Assembly (NCBI GenBank): GCA_037443265.1 | Contig: JBBIOR010000004.1 | Span: forward strand, 14,062 to 78,061 | DNA: 64,000 bases | From: Candidatus Fraserbacteria bacterium | GTDB taxonomy: Bacteria; Bipolaricaulota; Bipolaricaulia; RBG-16-55-9 | Reading direction: 5' to 3' | Shown: positions 57,643 to 64,000 of the stretch, piece after piece | Position numbering within the stretch: position 1 is the first letter of the stretch | Layout: each line of letters begins with the position of its first letter | Translations under genes and position numbers: made by a program | The notes under the pieces: model-generated | The model's input: the letters and a program-made list of their open reading frames with translations, nothing else | Told to the model about the DNA's origin: nothing | Database searches by the model: none

Positions 57643-59079
57643 CTACCACCTCCTCTGGAAGCGATTCCGCAGGACGATGGCCGTCATGTTGAGCAATAAT
57701 AAAATTCCAAGGAGCACGACGATGGCCGCGGAGGCGATCGTCGCAAAACCCTCCTGGGGCTTGGTAGCCCAGTCGAAGATCGCAAGCGGGATGACCGTAA
57801 AACTATCTTTTAAGCTTGTGGGAAGGTACGTCACATAGAGGAAGGCCCCCAGCAGGATGAGCAGGGCGGCCTCACCGATGGCCCGCGAGAGGGTTAAGAT
57901 CATGGCCGTAAAGATTCCCGGCAGAGCATAAGGGAGGACGTGATGGCGCACGGCCTGCCAGGGGGTGGCCCCCATGCTCAGGGCAGCTTCCCGCACCCAG
58001 GGGGGCACGCTTCTAAGAGCCTCGCGGGTTGCCATGATCATCACGGGGAGAATCAAAAGAGCCAGGGCGATCCCGCCGGCGAGGATGCTCCGGCCCAAGC
58101 CGGCTCCTCGGGCTAAGATCTCCAGTCCAATGATGCCATAGACCACAGAAGGCACGCCGGCCAGATTGGCAATGAGCACCTGAATGATCTCCAAGAGGGC
58201 ATGGCGTGAAGCATACTCTTCGAGATAGATGGCCGCTCCGATTCCCAGAGGAAAGGCCACGGTAGCCATGACGAGCATGACATAGAACGAGCCCAAGATC
58301 GCGCTGGCCAGCCCAGCCTGCTCGGGATAGCGTGGCTCGTTGAGATTCGAAACGAAGGCCCAGAGGGCTCTCAGTGCATTTCGCTTAAGAGGCAAATCGC
58401 CCTGCTGAGAAGCATCTAACGGCAGATCGAGAAATCTTCCCTCGCGCTCCACTCTGAGCGAGATAGGTCCACCGGAGATCTGCGTGGTGATCACGATGGC
58501 CTCCCAGGCTTGGCGCGTCCCTGTGATGGGCAGACCTCCGGCTGCCAGCAACACGTCTTCAGGCTTGAGTCCGGCGCGCTCCGCAGGCGAGCCGGCCGCA
58601 ACCTTGGCCAGTCTTACGCGAAATCGGCCAATCTCATGGGGGATGGGCTCCGCTCTAAGCTCGCCCAAGAGCTGCTTCACTGCCGGAACCCAGGAGATCC
58701 TTAAGCTAATCTCCTGTCCTCCGGGGGCTCGTTCTACGGCCTCCCAAACGGCTGACACTCTCTGGACGGGAAGATCGGCCACACGGATGAGGGCATCCCC
58801 CTGGTGCAGCCCGAGCTTCTCGGCCGGCGAGCCTCTGGCCACTTGAGCCAGCGTCACGTACGGGAAATAGCGCTGATCTCCGCCCACTTCGAGTTGGAGG
58901 CTGCGCAAGGAGAGCGAGACTCCTGCGTCGGCTGTGGCGCGCATGGCGATTAGCTGCGAGCTGCTTAGCAAAGTTTGCCGCAAGAGCACGGCGACTACAA
59001 TGAGCCCCAGAGCCAGTGACAGAGCTGCCAAAAGAGCAAACAACGCGCCTTGGCTGCGACGCCAAAGTCTTCTATTCAT
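57643..59079 (-). CDS. pstA: Phosphate ABC permease PstA with two tandem PDZ domains in the first extracytoplasmic loop
   Basis: Own RBS AGGAG and ATG at 59079; TM1, two V..GSPAE..GL...D.L PDZ units, then AG...[47 protein letters not shown]. Confidence 0.88.
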   Translation of the reverse strand: MNRRLWRRSQGALFALLAALSLALGLIVVAVLLRQTLLSSSQLIAMRATADAGVSLSLRSLQLEVGGDQRYFPYVTLAQVARGSPAEKLGLHQGDALIRVADLPVQRVSAVWEAVERAPGGQEISLRISWVPAVKQLLGELRAEPIPHEIGRFRVRLAKVAAGSPAERAGLKPEDVLLAAGGLPITGTRQAWEAIVITTQISGGPISLRVEREGRFLDLPLDASQQGDLPLKRNALRALWAFVSNLNEPRYPEQAGLASAILGSFYVMLVMATVAFPLGIGAAIYLEEYASRHALLEIIQVLIANLAGVPSVVYGIIGLEILARGAGLGRSILAGGIALALLILPVMIMATREALRSVPPWVREAALSMGATPWQAVRHHVLPYALPGIFTAMILTLSRAIGEAALLILLGAFLYVTYLPTSLKDSFTVIPLAIFDWATKPQEGFATIASAAIVVLLGILLLLNMTAIVLRNRFQRRW

Positions 59080-59988
59080 AGCGCTCCTGGAAGCGCGCAC
59101 GATGAAATAGCTGGCAATGTTGAGCACGAGTGTGATCACAAAGAGCAGCAGCCCAATGGCAAACAATGCCGACCAGATGAAGGCCGTGGCCTCATGGTCG
59201 CCAGTGGCGATGTTCACGATGGTCGTCGTAAGGACCATCATGGGCTGGGTGGGATCCGGCGGCCAAGCGGGAGTTCTTCCGGTGGCTAGGGCCACGATCA
59301 TCGTCTCTCCAATCGCCCGCGACATGGCCAGAATAAACGCCGCGCCGATGCCCGAAAGACCCGCTGGGATGACCACGCGGCTGATCACTTCAAATTTCGT
59401 AGCTCCAAGGGCGTAAGCAGCCTCTCTCAAGGAGCGGGGCACCGCATATAGAACGTCTTCGCTGAGCGAGGCCACCAGGGGCAGGATCATAAAGCCCATG
59501 ACCACTCCTGCCGAAAGCCCATTCCAGAAGCCGATCCCGGGGAAGAGCTGCTGCAGCGCCGGGGTGACGAAGCGCAGAGCAAAGAAGCCATAGACTACCG
59601 TGGGGATTCCCGCAAGAAGCTCCAGCGAGGGCTTTAGGAGGCGTCGGGCTCGCTCTGAAGCATATTCGCTCAAGAAGACGGCGCTTAAGAGCCCCAAGGG
59701 CAGGGCTACGGCCAGGGCGATGCCCGTAATCACAAGCGTATCCGCGATGAGGGCGAGCACGCCATAGCTCTGAGGCACGGTGAGCGGAGCCCAACGCAGA
59801 GAGCCGAGGAACTCTCCCAGGGAGACCCTCTGGAAGAAGGGGAGACTCCCCAAGATGAACGTCCCGGCGGTGATGGCAGTGATCAAGACAGCGACGAGGC
59901 TGCAACTGGCGAGGAGCCCTTGGATCAGCCCTTCTTTGAGATGGCGCCCGCGGGGGGCTTTCAGCTCACTGGCCACAATGCTTCTCAT
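59072..59988 (-). CDS. pstC: Phosphate ABC permease PstC (3' end shifted into frame with pstA by an apparent 1-bp deletion)
   Basis: LKPSLELLAGIPTVVYGFFAL, SEDVL.AVP.SLREAAYALGATK, SRAIGETMIV; an out-of-frame canonical ending FQERYE* is visible at 59092-59072. Confidence 0.88.
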
Positions 59989-61105
59989 AAAGCTGCCGGA
60001 CCTCTTCTCCAGTAAGCCCCGAGACGGTACCGCCGAAGGCCGTACCCGTGACGCGCTTCTGCCAGCACTCTCGGGCCGCCTCCCGCAGCTCCTCCGGAAT
60101 ATTGACATAGCCTATGTCCTGCATGAACTCCTCGTTTCCGAGGATATCCTCCGTCAAGAAGAAGTCGACGAAGGCCGAGACAGCCGCGCGCCGGGCGGAC
60201 TGAGTGTTGGTATAGAGGAAGAGCGGGCGGCTTAGGGGCTGATACTGAAAGCTCAAGATGGCATCCAGGCTAGGCAGGACACCCTGGCAGCTGCCGCCCT
60301 TAATTTCCAAGGGTCTTTTGCTATTGGCTGCCCGGCGGGCATTGATTTCAGAGAGAACGCTCTGGGGAGTGTCGATGAGTGTGCGGCGCGGATCGATGGC
60401 CACGGCCTGCACCCGCCCTTGATTGTTGATGAAGAAGGCAAAGCCAAAGTACGTCAAAGCCAGAGGATTCTGGCCGGTCTGCTCGGCCAAGAGCTGATCT
60501 TCCTCGGTGCCGAAGTAGTCACTACGGGTGTCTCCGGTCCGCTCGTTGATGGCCTCAGTGAAGAAATCGAACGTTCCTGAAGTCTCTGCGGCTCCGGAGA
60601 GCGTGATGGGGGCATCGATGAAGCGGTTGCCCAGCTGGCTCCAGTTTGTGATAAAACCCTCAGCCTCACGAGACCAGAGGAGCTCCAGCTCTCCCACGGT
60701 CATGCAGGGTTTGCCGTCTTGGAAGATCTGAGTGTCGCGAGCTACAGCCACTGTAAGTCCATCGAAGGCGACTAGCGACTCGATGTACTCCAGATTATTG
60801 TGCTGGGCTTGTTCCATTTCGGAGGGTCTGATGGGACGGGAAGCGTCATTTATATCAGTTTCTCTGGCCAAAAATCTCCGGAAGCCGCCGCTGGTGCCGC
60901 TTATGCCCACGGAGATCTTCACATCGGGGCGGAGCTTGACAAACTCGGCGGCGACGGCTTGGGTGAGGGGGGCCACCGTGCTGGAGCCATCGACGATGAC
61001 GTCTCTGGAATCCAGAGGGGCCGTGGGCTGTGAGTGGGAAAGAGCACCAATCAATCCAAGAAGTGCTAACCCCGTGACCAGTACCAGAAGGAATCGCCTG
61101 TGCAT
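59966..61105 (-). CDS. pstS: Phosphate ABC substrate-binding protein PstS
   Basis: DGSSTV.P, SGTSGGF..F...TDI.DASRPI, SGTFDFF, YFGFAF, Y.PLSRPLFLY; signal peptide with no lipobox Cys. Confidence 0.93.
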   Translation of the reverse strand: MHRRFLLVLVTGLALLGLIGALSHSQPTAPLDSRDVIVDGSSTVAPLTQAVAAEFVKLRPDVKISVGISGTSGGFRRFLARETDINDASRPIRPSEMEQAQHNNLEYIESLVAFDGLTVAVARDTQIFQDGKPCMTVGELELLWSREAEGFITNWSQLGNRFIDAPITLSGAAETSGTFDFFTEAINERTGDTRSDYFGTEEDQLLAEQTGQNPLALTYFGFAFFINNQGRVQAVAIDPRRTLIDTPQSVLSEINARRAANSKRPLEIKGGSCQGVLPSLDAILSFQYQPLSRPLFLYTNTQSARRAAVSAFVDFFLTEDILGNEEFMQDIGYVNIPEELREAARECWQKRVTGTAFGGTVSGLTGEEVRQLYEKHCGQ

Positions 61106-61292
61106 GTCGAATCAACCTCCGATATATATTTGCTATGCTGAATATATCTCTAAGCAATTCAGCGATCAAGAGCGGCAAAATTGTCAAGATGGACGGATTT
61201 CAGTCCTGTTTGAGAATCTCTAGATCTCCTTCTATCTAGACAATCTATAATATATATTGAACTCAATAGCCATTGGGAGGCCACAGGAGGAG

Positions 61293-62408
61293 ATGGGGTT
61301 GAAACAGCGAGGGCGGCCTCAGGAAGAGCGAATCTTAGGGACAACCGCTGGAGGCAGCACGTATATGATCACCCTGCCCAAAGACTGGGTGGAGGGGCTT
61401 AAACTCAAGAAGGGGGATGCCCTCACGCTGGTCCCGGTGGGATCGGGCATATATCTCTATCAGCGGCGTGAGCCGGAGTCCGCTGCCACCCGCACGCAGC
61501 TTAAAGTCGATGAGGCGTTGACCGGTGACGCGCTCGCTCGGGCTCTGATTTCGCTCTATATTGCCGGCTTTGATGTCATCGCAGTTTCAGGTCATCTCTC
61601 CGAAGAGCAGCGCGCCGTGGTGAGAGACACGGCCCAGCGCCTCATCGGGGAGATCCTCCAAGAGACCGATGACTGGCTCCTGATCCAGACTCTGCGCGAT
61701 CCACAGGTGCTCTCCGTGCCGCAGCTTCTGGGATACATCTATGAGAATGCGGAAGAGATGCTCAAGGAAGCCTCGGATGCTCTTCTGGAGGGGGATTTAA
61801 AGAAGGCCGGGCGGGTCATCCGGCGCGACGAGCGAGTGGATCGATTCTTCTTGCGCTTATCGCGCCAGCTCTATGCGGCCCTCAAGGAGCCCCTGGCGGA
61901 GGTCGAGCGAGGCATCTCACGGGTGGATTTCTTCAACATTCACACCGTGGGTCGTCAGCTGGAGCGCGTGGCAGATCATGCCGTCAAGATCGCCTGCGAG
62001 GCCCAAGCCCTCATCGAGAAGGAGCGCAGGCTCCCTGCGGAGCTGGAGAGGAGCGTCACCCGCGTGCGAGATGAGGTGCAGAGGCTCTTGGCTCAGGCTA
62101 TGGGTGCCTTCCTGCATCTCAGTGGAGAGCAAGCCCATCGGGCCATGGCGGCTCTGCGCCCCATAGAGAGGCTGATCCAGAGGCTCGATGAAAGAGTACT
62201 CGATCTCAAAGATCCTCATCTGGCCATTGTGAGTGACAGCTTTGGCCGAGTGAAGGATTACGCGGCCAATATTGCAGAAGTGGCGCTCAACGCGGAGGCG
62301 CTCACACGCGGAAGACCCTCGCGCGGCAACGGCCGGGGCAGTGAGTCATTCGGCCATGGGGACCACGAGTACAGGCCGAGTGGTGCCCCGGACGATCTGG
62401 GTGGCTAG
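61293..62408 (+). CDS. AbrB/MazE-PhoU fusion phosphate-uptake regulator (archaeal type)
   Basis: N-terminal GGSTYMITLPKDWV..L.LKKGD.L swapped-hairpin domain, ISLYIAGFD.I.V, two PhoU repeats (RDERVDRF, LERVADHA.KI, RVKDYAANIAE); divergent from pstS. Confidence 0.88.
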   Translation: MGLKQRGRPQEERILGTTAGGSTYMITLPKDWVEGLKLKKGDALTLVPVGSGIYLYQRREPESAATRTQLKVDEALTGDALARALISLYIAGFDVIAVSGHLSEEQRAVVRDTAQRLIGEILQETDDWLLIQTLRDPQVLSVPQLLGYIYENAEEMLKEASDALLEGDLKKAGRVIRRDERVDRFFLRLSRQLYAALKEPLAEVERGISRVDFFNIHTVGRQLERVADHAVKIACEAQALIEKERRLPAELERSVTRVRDEVQRLLAQAMGAFLHLSGEQAHRAMAALRPIERLIQRLDERVLDLKDPHLAIVSDSFGRVKDYAANIAEVALNAEALTRGRPSRGNGRGSESFGHGDHEYRPSGAPDDLGG

Positions 62409-64000
62409 ATCCGGTCCGGACACCGGCGGCCGGATGCTGGGAGAAGGCGCACCCAGGATAATCAGGTCATAGTCGCCCAGATGGGCCTCACGCAGAATGC
62501 GCTCCAACGCAGGCTCTTCTGCGATCTTGACTGCGCTTGTGATGCCCAGAGCCTCCAACGAGGCCTGGGCTTGGCACAGGTGCCTCTCCACCCGCGCTCG
62601 CTCCTCAGGAGTTTCTTGAAAGCGGTGTACATGTAGCACGGTCACAAAGGCGCCGATGTGTCGGGCTAGCCTTCCGCCGAAGCGCACAGCGGCCTTCCCT
62701 GGCTCGCCCGCCGCGGTGCAGATCAAGATCTTCTTCAGCGGCCGTGGCTCCACGATGAGCAAGACCGGAAGAAGAGCCCGCTCCAGCAGGGGCCGGCCCA
62801 GCCGATCCAGATCGACAGTCGACTTCGCAGAGCGACCCAAAATGACCAACTCATAGGGCTCCGCTTCCACTTCACTTAAGATCGCCTCGATCGTAGAGTC
62901 TCCTTGGCGCAGGCGGGTTTCGAGGCGTGGGAGCCGAGCCTGCCAGCGCTGGTGCAGCCCTTCCAAATGATCACGCATGGCGGAAGAGCTCGCTTTGCAG
63001 GAGGCTACAGCCAGCAGCGTGGCGGGGCCACGGGCCGCTTGAGCCAAGAGGCACCCATACTCGACGGCTGCCTCGCCCGCTGGAGAGCCGTCTGTACAGA
63101 TCAGAATCTTCAAGCCGGTTGGCTCAAGGATGTGGTATCGTCGGATCCCGATCCACAGCTTCTGGCCGGGAGTGAATAGACAAACCGGCTGGGCTTCGCT
63201 CGGTTGAACAGCCTCTATGGGCGTAGTGCGCTGGCCGTAGGCGCGTGGCGGAGCCACAGGCCGAACCCCTCCCAAGCCCTCGACCTCCAGGCGGAGGCGC
63301 TGCAGGGAACCCACAAAGACCCGCTCGACGACCTCTCCTTGGCCGAGCACGTGAAGGCCGCTATTGGGGGGAAAGGGCTCTGGCTGGAGCACGACGCTTT
63401 CGGGCCGGAAGAGGACCCGCACCGGCGCGCCCTCATCGTGGTCCGGCGCGTCCGCAGGGAAGGGCAGAGTCACGGCTCCCAGCTGAATCTTTTGGTCTAA
63501 GGCCCGGCCCACCAGCACGTTTCCGCTGCCGAGGAAGGCGGCCACGAATTCCGTCTGTGGACGATGATATAGATCCTCGGGGCTGCCAACTTCGATCAGC
63601 CGGCCTCGATCAATGACCCCGATCCTGTCGGCCAATTCAAAGGCTTCCTCTTGATCATGAGTCACGAGAATCGTCGTGATCTTGAGCCGACGTTGGATCT
63701 CCTTTAGACTTTGGCGCATCTGAGCGCGAATCTTCACGTCCAGTGCGCCGAACGGCTCGTCCAGCAGCAGCACGGCCGGCTGATACGCCAGGGCGCGAGC
63801 CAACGCCACGCGCTGCTGCTGTCCCCCCGACAACTGATCGGCATAGCGCGTGCCCAAGCCTGTGAGTCCCACCAGCTCCAAGAGTTCTTCCACTCGCTTC
63901 TTGCGCTCTTCTTTGGGAACATGGCGGATGCGCAGGCCAAATTCGATGTTCTCCGCCGCTGTCATGTGGCGGAAGATCGAGTAATTCTGAAAGACGAAGC
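62346..64000 (-). CDS. CysA/ModC-like ABC ATPase fused to two universal stress protein (USP) domains; 5' end outside the window
   Basis: [55 protein letters not shown]-like segment, then twice KILICT.....AV...A...T.L.V...Y.L.ILG.....PVL.V USP folds. Confidence 0.85.
   Translation of the reverse strand, partial: FVFQNYSIFRHMTAAENIEFGLRIRHVPKEERKKRVEELLELVGLTGLGTRYADQLSGGQQQRVALARALAYQPAVLLLDEPFGALDVKIRAQMRQSLKEIQRRLKITTILVTHDQEEAFELADRIGVIDRGRLIEVGSPEDLYHRPQTEFVAAFLGSGNVLVGRALDQKIQLGAVTLPFPADAPDHDEGAPVRVLFRPESVVLQPEPFPPNSGLHVLGQGEVVERVFVGSLQRLRLEVEGLGGVRPVAPPRAYGQRTTPIEAVQPSEAQPVCLFTPGQKLWIGIRRYHILEPTGLKILICTDGSPAGEAAVEYGCLLAQAARGPATLLAVASCKASSSAMRDHLEGLHQRWQARLPRLETRLRQGDSTIEAILSEVEAEPYELVILGRSAKSTVDLDRLGRPLLERALLPVLLIVEPRPLKKILICTAAGEPGKAAVRFGGRLARHIGAFVTVLHVHRFQETPEERARVERHLCQAQASLEALGITSAVKIAEEPALERILREAHLGDYDLIILGAPSPSIRPPVSGPDLATQIVRGTTRPVLVVPMAE

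Overview
A compact, gene-dense, GC-rich bacterial chromosome segment with about 55 CDS. I found no rRNA, tRNA, CRISPR array, transposase or prophage. Most genes are housekeeping: translation and RNA processing (ruvX/yqgF, infB-ylxP-rbfA, ychF, tsaC, rqcH, rdgB, trmH-like, rluD-like, nusA, rny, cca, frr), the hrcA-grpE-dnaK-dnaJ operon with a CIRCE element, a CsoR-regulated copZ-copA-csoR-cadA metal operon, cytochrome c biogenesis system II, and a pstSCAB-phoU operon. The mix of Firmicute/Thermotoga-like genes (HrcA, RNase Y, SpoVS, DnaK lacking the insert), Omp85-family barrels and several archaeal-type genes suggests a deep-branching lineage such as Ca. Bipolaricaulota/Acetothermia; this is inference only. 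The most notable items are: (1) a phosphate permease PstA with two tandem PDZ domains, currently fused in frame to PstC by an apparent 1-bp deletion, with a divergent archaeal-type AbrB-PhoU regulator; (2) an archaeal/eukaryotic-type Pus10 in a bacterium whose infB-ylxP-rbfA operon lacks truB; (3) a retropepsin-like protease with a C-terminal basic tail resembling ribosomal proteins eL41/eS32 and bS22; (4) two unannotated intergenic units (-10 box, hairpins, terminator) displaying anti-Shine-Dalgarno or CCUCC motifs, which are candidate sRNAs; (5) unusual fusions (SurA-parvulin-TPR-DUF3105, zincin-PD40-Omp85, CysA-like ATPase with two USP domains); (6) recurrent near-leaderless genes. All family assignments come from motif recognition by eye, with no database search.
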